Source: Chiloscyllium plagiosum (taxonomy: Eukaryota). From it: 64,000 bases of DNA. Both the position numbers and the translations under genes were made by a program. Location: NCBI RefSeq assembly GCF_004010195.1, contig NC_057749.1, forward strand, positions 16,496,524-16,560,523. Direction: 5' to 3'. Positions 11,479-25,705 of the stretch are shown piece after piece. The notes under the pieces are model-generated. The model saw only the letters and a program-made list of their open reading frames with translations, did no database searches and was not told the origin of the DNA. Each line of letters opens with the position of its first letter. Position 1 is the stretch's first letter.

Positions 11479-14069
11479 ATGATAGCCCTCACCTCTGGGT
11501 TGTGTCTGACCTTGTTTTTTTGTGGTCACCATTGCAACATTCACAGAGACACTGGAGAGGCTGGAACCACCAGGGATTGTCCCTGTTTAGTGTATAGTAA
11601 TGAAGCAGGTCTGTCAACAACAGGGCCACAACACAGAGACTGTACACAAAGATCACAGCCATTGATCCGTAATTACTGGGGATGAGGGGAGAAAAGACAA
11701 GACACATATCAGCGATTAGTGATTAACAGACAGAGCACCTGTAATAGTGAGTTAGGGAATGTTACCAACACATTTTCAAACACACAGTCAATCAACAATG
11801 AAGCAATCTTTCCTATTAGAGCATCTATTTAGTGCAATGTTGGAGATCTTATGTTGCATTGGTAGCCTTCCTATCTCTGAGCCAGAAACTTCAGGTTCAA
11901 GTCCCATTCCAAGACTTGGTGGCCAAGAATGTTGTGTTTATGACACAGACAAGGTTGAGGATCAACTTGCAAGTCCTTACAATTCACACTGCAGTTTTGG
12001 GAGGTAAAAGTGGGAGAGATTCTTGGTCAGCTGTGTGACGGAAAAATCATTGCAGCCTCCACCAGCACCATCCAGAGTGCAACATGTGAAGGTGTATGTT
12101 GCTACAAAGACTCAGGTCTCTTGGGGCAGCCAGTTGGCTGGTACCAGTCAGTTCAGTGTCAACAGCACAGGGCTCATTCCCAGTTCCAGCCTGGGCTGGA
12201 TATTGGATCTGCCCATGATGGAGGTCATGGCACTCAGCATTGGACCTGCCTTTGTGCAGAGAACTGAAGAAAATCCTGCAATTGCTACTCTTACCCCTGG
12301 AAGGTAGAGGGGCTTGCTCTGGTCTGTGCTTTATCCAGTGACCTCAGCTATGGCAATAAAGGCAAGATATTTGAAAGTCTATGCTCCAGGATTACAGATA
12401 GATCCTTCCCTCCTCACACTTCCATGCCCAACACACATCTCAAGGTTTACAGGGCAACATACAGAAATGGGGACATTGACTGAATTCCACCATTTGCTGT
12501 CTCCGGCTGCCATTCTGAGGGTCACTAAACCCGAAGCATTAACTCTAATTTCTATCCACAGATGTTGTCAGACCCACTGAGCTTTCCCAGCAATCTCTGT
12601 TTTTGTGTCAGCAATTGACTGTCCCCACCAAGACAATGATCATCCTCTAGCCCACTATTGTTACACCTCACTTGCCAATCATTAAATTTAAGAAAACCCA
12701 TTTTCCTTTCAACTGGCTCTGTGGGAGGTCCATTGTCTCCACAATGAGGATACCCCATGTCAAAGCGATCACTAGTTCAACAGCTGTCCTGCTAACCTGC
12801 CCTATTCCCCCCTCACCTGCAGAAACACTGGTCCCATTTTCATACGTACACAGATCTCCTGGTCTGAGCTGACGTGTTCATTTTCATTGTACTCTGAAAT
12901 TCAGTCTCATTGCAGCAATATTTCAAGGTTTGGTTGCTTTGACGGCAACAGTGGGTTTGTCCCTGATCTTCATTAAGCCGCGGACAGTAGAATCCGGAAT
13001 GGTACCTTTTTGCGGTGTCCAGGTACGGCTCACAGATCCTGTACTTAGAAGCAGAAACTGGAGAACAAGAGGTTATTGTCGAGTCATCATGTTATGGCAC
13101 CAACAGAGGCACAGTGTAACTGGGATACAGGACAATAACACAACATACTGAGGACTGTGAATATTTTCAGAAAACAGGGCCACCAGATGGCAGATATAGT
13201 TTGATAATCCGTAAATAGTCAGGAATAAAACTTTATTTTGTTCTTTTCCTGCTTCTTTGAAAACCTCCCTTCCTTAACACGTTGCCCCAGTTTGTGCACA
13301 GTCCTACTCTAGTATTTTACCCAAGCGACTCTTTTCAATGCAATAATATAATCAGCAAGTAGCAACAAATTTCTGACTTGTCAAGGAAATCAGCAATGGC
13401 CCTATTTTGTCCTGACTCGTTACCAAACTAACAGTATCAACAAATGGACAGAGGTGAGCAGGACAACAAGTGCCACACATGGCTCAATGGTCATGCTCTT
13501 ACTTTGAGTCAGGAGGTTAGAGTCTGGATTAACACTCCAAGTGCACTATGAAAGAGTCATCTGTAAGGTGGAGACATTAACTGAAACCCTGATTACATTC
13601 TCAGTTAAACAGTAAAAGATCTCATGAGGCTATCTAAACAAAATTAAAGAAGTTCTGACCAGGATCCTGATGCTTAACTGTGTATTAATTATGTTTAATT
13701 AAATGCAATTGGTGGTCATTGACTGGTGATTTACCTAGATCCATGTTGACACGGACCGAAACTGTATTTGTTGTGTTAGAAGCTGCATGCTTATAATATG
13801 GAACTCTGTAAATATAGATAAAACTGTGTAAAGATTGGTGCAGATCTATCTGCCTTTCTGGATTAAAACATAGGCCTGTACCTCCCCTTAATGAACTTTA
13901 CTAAAACAGATGATATGGTTGAGAGTTTGTTCTGTGGAAATTAGCTGCTGCACTTCCTCCATTGTCACAGTAACTACACTTCAAAAAGTTCTTATTGTCT
14001 GTACAGCACATTGGAACCTGAGGTTGCTGAAGAGTCTATACACATGCAATTTCTTTCTTTACATTAGGG

Positions 14070-14595
14070 AGGAGCAAATTACGGCCGATGCTGGAATCTG
14101 TACTGAAAACAAAAAGTGCTGGAAATCACAGTGGGTCAGGCAACATCCATCAGCTCTGATGATGAGTCACCTAGACTCAAAACGTTAGCTTGCTCTCAGT
14201 CTTTTTTCACAGGGCTGGAGAATCAAGGATTAGAGGTCATCAGGTTAAGGATAGAGGGGAAAGAATAAAAGGGAACCTGAGGGGCAACTTTTTTACACAG
14301 AGTGTGGTATACATATGGAATGAGCTGCCAGGAGAAGTGGTTGAGGTGGGTGCATTAACAACATTTAAAAGGAATTTGGACAAATACACGGATAGGAAAG
14401 GTTTAGAAGAATATGGGCCAAGTGCAGGGAAATGGGATTACCGTGGATGGACATTTTGGTTTGCAAGGACCATTTGGGCCAAAGGGCCTGTCTCTGCTGT
14501 AGGATGTGATGACTGTATGACTCTATGACTGTATGACTCTCTCTCCATGGATGCTGCCTGACCCACTATGATCTCCAGCATATTTTGTTTTCAGT
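14070..14595. mobile_element. Penelope-like inverted repeat with hammerhead-like core (14152-14190), interrupted by a CR1 3' end (~14198-14540)
   Basis: agct CTGATGA tgagtc accta gactc AAAA cg TT agct; arms ~14090-14145 / ~14550-14595. Confidence 0.65.
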
Positions 14596-14756
14596 TCTTT
14601 TTTCACATACCTGTTCCCAGTAATTCACACAGCAGCAGTGAAGTCAGGAGTTGACAGAAGCGTGACATGGCGACATCCAAAGCCTGGATCTCTAATTGTC
14701 ATCCTAAAGGATCGTGCTGGTGCCTTAAAACAAAGTACATCATTTACTTGAAAAAG

Positions 14757-14992
14757 TCCGAAAGAACTGCAGATGCTGGAAATCTGAAACAAAAACAGAA
14801 ATTGTTGGAAAAGCTCAGCAGGTCTGACAACATATATGGAGAGAAATCAAAAGTTAATGTTTCAGGTCCAGTGATCCTTCTTCAGAACCAGTTCTATTCT
14901 TCAGTTCTACCGTTATAAAACGTTAACTCTGATTTCTCTCCATAAATGCTGCCAGACTTGCTGAGATTTTCCAGCAACTTCTGCTTTTGTTA
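14757..14992. mobile_element. Penelope-like pLTR repeat (family B), inverted pair
   Basis: Minus-strand core gtt CTGAAGA..GAAA ca TT aac at 14853-14888; inverted arms. Confidence 0.65.
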
Positions 14993-16000
14993 CACCATTA
15001 ATTCCTGTCCAAAGCCTCACCTCTTCAGTTTTTGCTTGTACCTGCACGTTGCTGCTATCCCTTACTTGGCCAGACGCTCCCATTGACCAAAGTCATACAG
15101 ACAAAGAGAAGGAGAGGAGTAAAGAGACACAAAGAGAGAGAGGGATGAAAATAGAATTCTGAGAAAGGTGGGGATGGGGTGTAAAAAAAGGGGAAAGATC
15201 AGGAAGGTGGAGGAACACCTGAAGGAGATTGAGGAAGAGAGAAAAAACATTAAAAAGATAATTTTTTCCCTTCCAACCTAGTAAAATAGCCTTTCAATAA
15301 TCACAGTTTCAGTTCACATGAAAAAAATGGATGTTGGGAGAGAAGGAGAAGGCTAATGTCCAGAGAATGTACTCAAGTAAATAGTATAACTTGGGGAAAA
15401 TGGGGGTGAAAGGGAATCATGTGTTTTACTATTGATGCAGAGTCTGTAGAGCTTTCTATTACATTCCAGACCAATGATAATTTTAGTTTACATCAGAATT
15501 TTCCAAAAATGGGGGTTGGGAACCCAAGTGAGGTTTCAAATTGAAACATTGGTGTCCTGAACTCTGAGGTAGCAATGGGTGCTATGGGGGGCTCTGACCG
15601 AGTTATAACTTGTGTGTTTTACTAATCTGGCCCCCTTTTTAAATCAGCCTTTGCCCTCATTGCCTCCTGACCCCACTGCCTCAGTTCTTACTGAGGAGAT
15701 CACAACAGTTCTCAAGCCTTGATTGTCTGGCCACAGTCATAACAGGTTTGAAAAGCAGTGGTATATCACTTGTTGATCTCTCACGTTATTCCTTATAGTC
15801 TGTATTTGTTGAGGTGAGGGACCAATACATCATTAGACAAGGGCATGTAGATATAATTCACTTTAAAGTCTTTTGATAAATCTTTATTTTTAATATTTAT
15901 GTTAATATAAATTATTGTTTCAACTGTAAATTCTTACTTTTCTAATAGAAACTACTTGTGTAAATATTCTAGATATAGACTCCACTCCTTCCCCTCCTTC

Positions 16001-16056
16001 TCCCCCCCCCCCCCCCCCCCCCGCCACACACACACACACAAACACATACACACCCC
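16001..16056. repeat. poly-C + (CA)n microsatellite
   Basis: Seen directly. Confidence 0.9.
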
Positions 16057-17399
16057 ACAACCACCTGGAACTGTAACATCTCCCCTGGGGCCGACTTTTA
16101 TTCAGTAGGACGTGTTTACATCAGCAATTTCCATTGTTAATGTGAACAGGAACCTGAGAATTACTTCAGAAGGAGTGTTTCTTTTGTAAGTAAACCAAGC
16201 AATTTCCATGCCAACTGAACCTGTCACTATTTAAGTTTGAAAGTTCTGACACAAAGCCAAACCCTAAAACCATTTTAAAAATAGACCTCGATTAACGTGA
16301 TTCAGATTGGGTGAAATTCCCAACGTAACAGAGTTCATTTCAGAATCGGCTGCTGAAAAGATCTCTGGTGCCAAACAGCAGCAATAAGGAAAGTTAATTA
16401 TGTTTTTAAGAAATATAAATAGAATAACAGAGAGGGGAAAGAAAAGCATTTGTGCATTTGGATTGTATGTAGTTGGGAACTCCAAATGAAAAGATTTAGT
16501 TCACTGAAGAATATGAGGGGAAGAAGTTAAAGGAATTAAAATTTAAAATTTAGGACAAAGCCAATTTCAACTGACCAATCACTACAAAAGAATGCGTGCG
16601 TGGTGGATGCTATTCGACTTGAGAAACATCACAGCCCCCACCACTTTCCACATCCAAGATTATCTCCCAGCAGAATCCCGGGATCAGGAACGGACATTTT
16701 AGACCATAGATATTTTCTGGGCAGCCTTTGGTTCGAATCCTGACAAAGCCTCGCCAGGATTTTGTTTTAAATAGACCTTAGGGTCACGGCGATCCCCGTC
16801 ACTCCAGTTAAAGGTTTAACATTTTACAATGAACCTGAAAACTTAAATCAAGACGCGGGTTCTTGCCGTGTCATCGAACAGATATGGACAAAATTCACCT
16901 AATTCATGTCTAGGGTGATGAAGAAAGACACCCAAGAGGGAGCAGAGGGGGTGAAATGACGTGCTGGCGGGTTCAGCAGAGGTGGAACTTACCTGCAGTT
17001 CTGCTCAGCAGCATCCACCTGAGAAAACGCATTTTGGTTTTTATTCGATGGTTTTGTTTGTCTCAGCACTGCTCCACGTAACTGAATATCACCTTTCCAT
17101 TTTCTCACACTCTGCCTTAACTCTGGAAATGTGCAATTTCTGAATTCTGCAGATGCGCACTGTTTCTGCCCCCTTGGAGCTTGTTTCGATTTGTTGTTCT
17201 GGGTTCAGATCACTGATCCAACTGCGTGCACCAAGCAACGAGGCTGGGCAATTTTGTTTTTAATTTATCGTGATGTTCAGTTGAAAGAGCCCTCCGGGAG
17301 GGTGCGTTCCTATCACCTTACTCCCTTGTCAGCTATTACACAGCGACGCCTCTCTGCCAGCAATGTCCCAATCCTTTCCATGAACAAATCTACTTTTTG

Positions 17400-18010
17400 C
17401 TGCAAGTCTGGCAACGTCTGTGGAGAGAGATATAGAGTTAACGTTTCAGGTCCAGTGATGCTTCTTCAGAACTGCTGTAGCTAGGTTAAGATTGGTACAT
17501 AAGACTGGGAGTGGGGATTTGGGCTGAGAGAAGGGAGTAAGTGATAGGTGGAGATACAGCCCAGAGAGAGAGAGGAGACAGCTGTTGGACAAAGGGCGGG
17601 TAATGGTGAGCCTGGGAGATAGAAAAGCTGCTAATGGGGACTATCAGTGAGGGAACATGAGTTAGCTGCAATGAAGGCAGCCCGTGTGATGACATGGCCA
17701 GGGATGTACGAGTGAGTAAACGTCAGGGTCTGAAATTATTGACTCCAAAGCAGAAATTGCTGGAAAAGATCAGCAGATCTGGCAGCCTCTGTGGAGAGAA
17801 ATCAAAGTTATTCACAGATGCTGCCAGACCTGAATCTGCTTTGGTTCGGTTTTCGCTGTGGTTTACATCATTTTCGGTTCTTTCTGTGTTTATCTAAAAT
17901 GATTGAACTCAATATTGAGCCCCGAAGGTTGTAGGAGTCCCCAAGTGGATAATAAAATGCTGTTCTTCCAGATTGCACTGAGCCTCAGTAAGCCCAAGAA
18001 TGAAACATTG
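17400..18010 (-). mobile_element. Penelope-like element 3' end (GIY-YIG C-terminus + pLTR, family B)
   Basis: Minus frame EAQCNLEEQHFIIHLGT resembles PLE endonuclease C-termini; hammerhead core at 17436-17473. Confidence 0.65.
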
Positions 18011-19474
18011 GCCAGGGAATATGTTCATTCCAACCCTGTCTCTTTGATGGGCCCCTTCACACTGGTAAATGCATGGATACATTGCACCCATTCAAGGAGA
18101 CAGATTTCACGCAATGAAAGAATTGAGACAGCCTCTACCTAAGCCTCACATTTTCTTATCCTTCAGCTACAGTGGGAATTCAACTTCAATAAAAGTCAAA
18201 TCCACCATTCTGTAGTTCCACTTCTCTCCATCAATTTCACAAGCATCAGTCACTCCCTTCCCTTCCAGCCCAGATGATCCCTTTCTTCAGTCACTCAATA
18301 TCACACTTTCCAGCAAATGAGAGGTGCCTAAGTGCAAATAAATCAGGAATGGGGACCCTGGGTGATATTTCTGATTCATAACTCAGATGTCTTGTCATTG
18401 ATCTATCCTGTACCCGCCCAATGGTTTGTTGCTACCTGTGTTTGGATCAGCAAATAGAGAAATCTTGCTAAAACTATACAAGGCAGAAGTTGGACTGTTT
18501 TGAAAGGCTTTGGGCCTCTTATCTAGGGAAAGATAGACTGGCATTGGAAGCAGTCCAGAGAAGATTCTGAGGAAGGGTTATTGGACCAGAAACGTTAATT
18601 CCGATTTCTCTTCCAGACCTGCTGAGCTTTTCTGCAATTTCTTTTCTTGTTTCTGATTTACAGCAACTGCAGTCATTTGGTTTTTATTCTGACTAAAACG
18701 TTGTCTATTTCAGCTTTGTATATACTTAACAACCCAGCCATCAACAGTCCTGTGCTGTAAACAATTCCACAAATTGCCTACCTGCTGAAAGAAAATGTGA
18801 AGAGCAGTGATCTCCTGGTTCAATGGCCCTCCCACAATGAGCACCAACAAAAGGCTGCTTGGTTATTCATCACATTGAGTTGTCACCAATGAAGAATGGG
18901 TGCTGTTTGTTTTTACAAATAATTACACTTCAGAAAGAAATTCATTATTAAAGAAAATACAATCAGTATTTATATCATGCTTTCCACCAATACCATTCAT
19001 CTAAAATCACTCCACAGCCAATGGTTGAGTAACTGTGACTTAGAAAACATGGCAATTTGAACACCTTAGATTCCCACAAATAACAAGGAATAATGATGTA
19101 GATCCTGGATTATTCCTCTACTCTTCAAAATAGTATGATGGGATCTCTGACATTTACTTGAGGGGACAGAAAAGATCGCTGTTTAATGTCTCTTTCGAAA
19201 GACAGACAACATAGCAACACTTCCTCAGTGCAAATGCAGAGTTGAAAATGTGTTGCTGGAAAAGCGCAGCAGGTCAGGCAGCAATCAAGGAACAGGAGAA
19301 TCGACGTTTCGGGCATAAGCCCTTCTAATGCAAAGTGTCAGGATAGACTGTGATATTCAAGTCTTGGTGTGAAACTTGAATCAAAAGTGCTACCAAGCTG
19401 ACTCTGATATGATAAAACATGTTGAATTGTTAAACAATGTGGCAGGTCATTGAAATGAAAACCTGACACCTGAA

Positions 19475-20320
19475 GTCATAGAGTCATAGAGATGTACAGC
19501 ATGGAAACAGACCCTTTGGTCCAACCCATCCATGCCGACCAGATATCCCAACCCAATCTAATCCCACCTGCCAGCACCCGGCCCATATCCCTCCAAACCC
19601 TTCCTATTCATATACCCATCCAAATGCCTCTTAAATGTTGCNNNNNNNNNNNNNNNNNNNNNNNNNNNNNNNNNNNNNNNNNNNNNNNNNNNNNNNNNNN
19701 NNNNNNNNNNNNNNNNNNNNNNNNNNNNNNNNNNNNNNNNNNNNNNNNNNNNNNNNNNNNNNNNNNNNNNNNNNNNNNNNNNNNNNNNNNNNNNNNNNNN
19801 NNNNNNNNNNNNNNNNNNNNNNNNNNNNNNNNNNNNNNNNNNNNNNNNNNNNNNNNNNNNNNNNNNNNNNNNNNNNNNNNNNNNNNNNNNNNNNNNNNNN
19901 NNNNNNNNNNNNNNNNNNNNNNNNNNNNNNNNNNNNNNNNNNNNNNNNNNNNNNNNNNNNNNNNNNNNNNNNNNNNNNNNNNNNNNNNNNNNNNNNNNNN
20001 NNNNNNNNNNNNNNNNNNNNNNNNNNNNNNNNNNNNNNNNNNNNNNNNNNNNNNNNNNNNNNNNNNNNNNNNNNNNNNNNNNNNNNNNNNNNNNNNNNNN
20101 NNNNNNNNNNNNNNNNNNNNNNNNNNNNNNNNNNNNNNNNNNNNNNNNNNNNNCCCAGCACCGATCCTTGTGGCACTCCACTGGTCATAGGCCTCCAGTC
20201 TGGAAAACAATCCTCCACCACCACCCTCTGTCTTCTACCTTTGAGCCAGTTCTGTATCCAAATGGCTAGTTCTCCCTGTATTCCATGAGATCTAACCTTG
20301 CTAATCAGTCTCCCATGGGT
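19475..20320 (-). mobile_element. CR1-clade LINE spanning the assembly gap
   Basis: WIQNWLKGRRQRVVV...SGVPQGSVL; tail repeat gtcataga. Confidence 0.85.
19642..20153. other. Assembly gap (512 N)
   Basis: Run of N. Confidence 0.99.
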
Positions 20321-20954
20321 CTTTAAAGTTGTGGAAGGGTTCAATAAAGCAAAGGTACAGATATTTCCACTTGTTTTCCTTTTTGTTGTACTTGGTCACA
20401 TCACTAATAGGTCAAAAAATTTAAGAGGAATGTTTTTTAACAGAGGAAGTGGTGAGAATGTGAGACTTTCTGTCACATGGAATGGTTAAAGCAGTTACTG
20501 TGGAAGGAAATGAAATACATACAGAAAGGAATAGAGAGATAAGGGACTGTTGAGGGAGGTAGTAATGTGTGGACAGAATCTTTTGTTGTGTATTAACACT
20601 GGCACGAATTGTTTGGACTGAATAGTTCACTTACATATGTAGATTCTATGTAACACACACAAGTACTCTTTAGAAACCCACATCCTTAATTTTCCTGAGA
20701 GAATTTCAGCTCATTATTAAATGTCTGCCTAATCCATTGCAATGACCCAATTTATAAGTTAAAATGGTTCACAGTATAGCTGCTGCTTTACAACAGAGAA
20801 ATTAGATTTATGTTATGTATTTCTTTTAACTGCAGGTTCAAACAAAATATCACAGATGACTACCTCCTTTATATTGTTAGTTATTTTGAGCAAATGTTGG
20901 ATCATTTGCTAGGATTTGAGAAGTTGTATGGGCTACTGTTCCTACTTCTTATGT

Positions 20955-21143
20955 TAAACAAATCACACATCAGGTTATAGTCCAACAGGTTTATTTGGAA
21001 ACACTAGCTTTCAAAGGTTTCTTGAGGAAGAAGCAGTGCTTCGAAAGCTAGTGTTTCCAAATAAAACTGTTGGACTATAACCTGACGTTGTGTGATTTTT
21101 AACTTTGTCCATCCAGTTCAACACGGTCACCTCCAAGTCATGG
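20955..21143. mobile_element. Palindromic Penelope-like repeat (family C)
   Basis: 13-bp TSD ctacttcttatgt (20942-20954 / 21144-21156); long inverted arms; core ...GAGGA agaagc agt gcttc GAAA gc TA gtg. Confidence 0.7.
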
Positions 21144-21579
21144 CTACTTCTTATGTACTCACTTTCAAAAGGGAATGGATAAGGACTTGAATGGAAGCAA
21201 AGCTACAAAGTCACAACAGAATAGAACATCTTTATTGTCAGTTGTATTCCATTGTAGAAATACAGTGAAAAGCCTTTACAAAGTCTGCCTCTGATTTTTA
21301 GTTACAAGTATGTAGTACAAATCTTGGATACAAAAGTGAAATAAAAAGTAGTTGCATTACTTTACAGAGTTTAAAAAGTAAGTTAGAAATAAGACATTGT
21401 TAAATGATTGACATTAGAGTCAGGTAAAAAATTTCAAATAAACATTGCGTTTTAGCAGCTCAGCACAGGGCCTCCACATGTTTTCTGACCAACCACACCA
21501 GACCTCAGTCCAACAGCCGTCCCCCCTCTGTGATCCAAGCCTCCGGTCAGCTCTGTACTAGCGCTCAGCTGCTCCAAGG

Positions 21580-22086
21580 TAAGTTTGAAGGAAAGACATT
21601 TACAGGTGCACCATAGAAAGCATACTAGCCAGGTGCGTGGTATGGCAACTGTTCTGCCCACGACTGTAAGAAACTACAGAAAGTTGTGTGCACAGCACAG
21701 ACCATCACAGAAGCCAACCTCCCATCCATGGACTCCATTTGCACATCTGAATGCTGCGGAAAAGCTGCCAACCTCATTCAAGACCCTTCCCACCCCGGTA
21801 ATGCTCTCTGACAACTCCTTCTGTCAGGCAGAAGGTAGAGGTTTGAACACAGGCATCAGCAGTTTCAAGAGCAGCTTCTTCCCGGCTATTAGACTGATGA
21901 ATTGACTTACTCCAAATAATGTTGATCTTGTTAATGTTGATCTTGCTTTGTGCACCTCCTTTGCAGCTGTAACCCTGTATGCCTCACTCTGTCAAAGCAC
22001 CCTATGATCTGCCTGTAATGCTTGCAAACAAAGTTTTACACTGTACTTAGGTACACATGACAATAAATCAAAACAATCAAATCAAG
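21580..22086 (+). mobile_element. Rex1/Babar-like LINE 3' end
   Basis: TIESIL..WYGNCSA..KKLQKVV..LPSMDSI..FKSSFFPAIRLMN; aataaa + (aatca)n tail. Confidence 0.65.
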
Positions 22087-24749
22087 ATTTGATTTCAGAA
22101 GTGGTTTCTTTTTCTAGAAGACTTTCATCATCATGGATCTTTCCTCCACACATCAGACACATATCTCCCTCTTTTGTCACTGCTGTTCTCACTGGGCAGA
22201 TTCTCCAGATGTTTACCCAAACGGTAATCATTGATAGACGATGCAAGACAGTGAGGGTCAGGATATTCCATCTTGGCAGTACAGCAAAGGCCAACCCTAT
22301 TAAAGGAACAGAAAAGATACACTACTGCAGGCCGCTCAGCCCATTGCTCCCGTCGTGACTATTTGCTACACACGCATACTCTTTCCTTGTGCCTTTGTAA
22401 CTTTGCTTCCCTTCAAGTCCTTATCAAATTCCCTTTTGAAAGCAAGTACATAATAGGAAAAGTAGCCGGACTACTCCTCAAGCTTGCTCCACCATCCAAT
22501 GGTCATGGCTGATCGTTTGCATGAGCACATTCTTGTGCCATCTCATAAGTTCTCGACTTTTTTAGTACCCAAAAAGCTCATCAATTTTGGTTTTGAAAAC
22601 ACTCAGTGACGGAGTACTCATTGCCCTCTAGACTAAATGGTTCAAAAAATTCAGTCTCGTGGACAGATTGCTCGACTCGGTCTTAAATAGCCAATCCCTC
22701 ATTCTTACAAAATGTTCCATCCTTCTGGAAGCCCCGGATAGGGAAGCAGTTACTGGTGAACCTGCTTCTGCTGCTATTTCAGGCAATGTTGTCCAGATTG
22801 TAATAACTTGGGTGTAAAACTATTTTCTCCAAATCTATCGAAGCCTCCACTCTGAACAAATGCAGTGTTAAAAATAATTCATGCTACCTCTGTATCACTT
22901 GCCAATGACTGTAAACCTCTAACACCTGGTTACCACAGCTTTCAGTACCTTATTGCCCTCAGCAAACACACGCTCCCACATAGGAACTAGACTAGGAAAC
23001 CTAAATGATTTGTTCCCTCCTAATAATCCAATCAACCCTATAGGGCCCTGATGTCAGGTAACTCAGTAGATGCTAAAAATAGGGAATTTCCTGGGTCAGT
23101 AATGGTGCACACAATGGAGAAAATTGTAAAGAAATATGCATACAGCAAACTTCATAAATTTTTGGACATGGAACAATACCAGCATTCCTTCATCATCACT
23201 GGATTAAAATGCTGGAGCATTGAGATCATACCTGCACTGTACAGACTGCAGGAATTCACATAGAGAGACTCATCTCAATCTTGTCAAGAGGAAGCAAGTA
23301 TGGGTAATAGATTCCAGCTTTGACAGAGATACCCTAACCTATGAATGAATCCAAAACAAAATTCTCATGGAGGTGGCTGTTTATCAACCTGCATTCCTAA
23401 ATTTCCCCATTCAACAAAAGCAATGGAGATACAGTGGATTTTTTCACCCAACGATGCTTTGTGTGCATGTCTGTGTGTGGGTGTGTAGCAACACTTGGGA
23501 TTTCAACATGTGCAAAGTAAGTTTCTTCACTTTTTAAAAGAGTTGGATAAGTCTCTCAGCTAATAACAGTGTGAACAGAGACTGAAACTAATGGGTGGAA
23601 GATGCAGCTAGGCTATCAGAAGAATCATCCCAAGGGTAAATAAGCATCATTGAATATGGGAAGAGGGAAATGCAAAGCCATTCAGGAGCAATAAAACAAA
23701 GTGCTGGAGGAAATATTCAATAGGTCAGGCATCAATGGACAGGAGCAATGGTGTTTTCAGAGAATAGATTCCAAATAAGATTTACAAAAAGCTAAAATCT
23801 ATTCCTATTGGCATTTGCTCGTTTGCTGTAAAACACCACCAGTTATATGGTGTAACTATTTATGGGTAGAGGTGCAAAACAGTCAAGTGCTGCTCAAAAT
23901 GAGCAGTACTGTCCCAACATAAATGCTGGAATTTATTGAGTTAAGGGCTCGATCAGGGCCACTAATCAGGGATATCATCATCCTGGGTTCTGCAGCTCAT
24001 TGATATGCAGTGAACATGGATACAAGTCAGAGAGATGGATGAAAATTTTAGCCAATATATCAGCACCGACGCAGGGCTGTCAGATATAGTACACAATGCT
24101 GACGTTTTGTTTTTAAGTTTGCATGGGGATATGTTCCAACGTTGAGTTGATTAAACTACTGTCCTTAATGCCCAATAAATCACGAGGGATTAAGAACAAG
24201 AAGCTGGCAATCATCTCGACGCTGAGAAATATTTCAGGCAGGATCCATAAATATTAATCTGGTACTACACTGGTTCTTGATTTGCTTACTGCAAACATTG
24301 AAAATGGATATTAATTTTATAGATGACAATTACAAAAGCATAAAGCAGTCAGCAAAAATCAGTTTATGCCTGAATATTCACCAATAAATGAAATATTAGC
24401 AAACTAGATTTATGCTGTCTTCAATTTTTCACCTATTCATTCTTTTGTGAGATGTGGGTTTCACTGGCAAGGCCAGCATTCATTTCCCATTCTTAAGCGT
24501 CCCCTGAACTGAGTGGGTTTCTAGGCCATTTCAGAGGACAGTTAAGAGTCAAACACGTCACTGCAAGACTGTAGTCACATGTAGAACAGACTTGGCAAAG
24601 ATAGCAGATTTCCTTCACCAAGGACACCATTGAACGGGATAGGCTTTTATGATGATCAATGAAAATTGTCACACTTTCAATTCCAGATTTTTAACAAATT
24701 CATCGAGCACCTGATAGGCGTACGCGTGAGAGAGGTTTGATGAACCCAT

Positions 24750-25705
24750 GTCATAGAGTCAGAGAAGTACAACACAGAAACAGACCCTTCGGTCCAATGC
24801 ATCCATGCCGACCAAATATCCCAACCCAATCTAGTCCCACCTGCCTACACCTGGCCCATATCCCTCCAAACCCTTCCCATTCATATACTCATCCAGTTGC
24901 CTTTTAAATGTTACAATTGTACTAGCCTCCACCACTTCCTCTGGCAGCTCATTCCATACATGTACCACCCTCTTCGTGAAAACGTTGCTCCCTTGGGTCT
25001 CTTTCATCTTTCCCCTCTTACCCTAAACCTATGCTCTCTAGTTCTGGACTCCCCCCAACCGAGGGAAAAGACGTTCTATTTATCGTATCCATGCCCCTCA
25101 AATTTTATAAACCTCTATAAAGATTGCTCTTCAGCCTCCGATGCTCGGGGAAATTAGCCCTGGCCTATTCAACCTCTCCCTAAAGCTCAAATCCTCCAAC
25201 CCTAGCAACATCCTTGCAAATCTTTTCTGAACACTTTAAAGTTTCACAACATCTTTGTGATAGGTGAGAGACCAGAATTGCATGCAATATTTCAACAGTG
25301 GCCTAACCAATGTCCTGTACAGCCGCAACACGTCGTCCCAACATGACCAATAAAGGAAAGCATACCAAATGCCTTCTTCACTATCCTGTCTACCTGCGGC
25401 TCTACTTTCAAGGAGGTATGAATCTGCACTCCAAGGTCTCTTTGTTCAGCAACACTCCCTAGGACCTTACCATTAATTGTATAAGTCCTGCTAAGATTTG
25501 CTTTCCCAAAATGCAGCACCCGCATTTATCTAAATTAAACTCCATCTGCTACTTCTCAGCCCATTGGCCCATCTGGTCAAGATCCTGTTGTAATCTGAGG
25601 TGACCTTCTTTGCTGTCCACTACACGTCCAATTTTGGTGTCATCTGCAAATTTACTAACTATACCTCTTATGCTCACACCCAAACCATTTATATAAATGA
25701 TGAAA
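24750..25705 (-). mobile_element. CR1-clade LINE 3' portion
   Basis: KFADDTKIG...VLHFGKAN...EQRDLGVQIHTSLKV; same tail as 19475. Confidence 0.85.

Noticed and set aside
19492..20344. Long ORFs of 200-237 aa
   Set aside because: Artefacts of the N gap within a CR1 LINE.
22082..22358. Exon-like unique sequence open in several frames
   Set aside because: No recognisable protein in any frame and no partner exons found.
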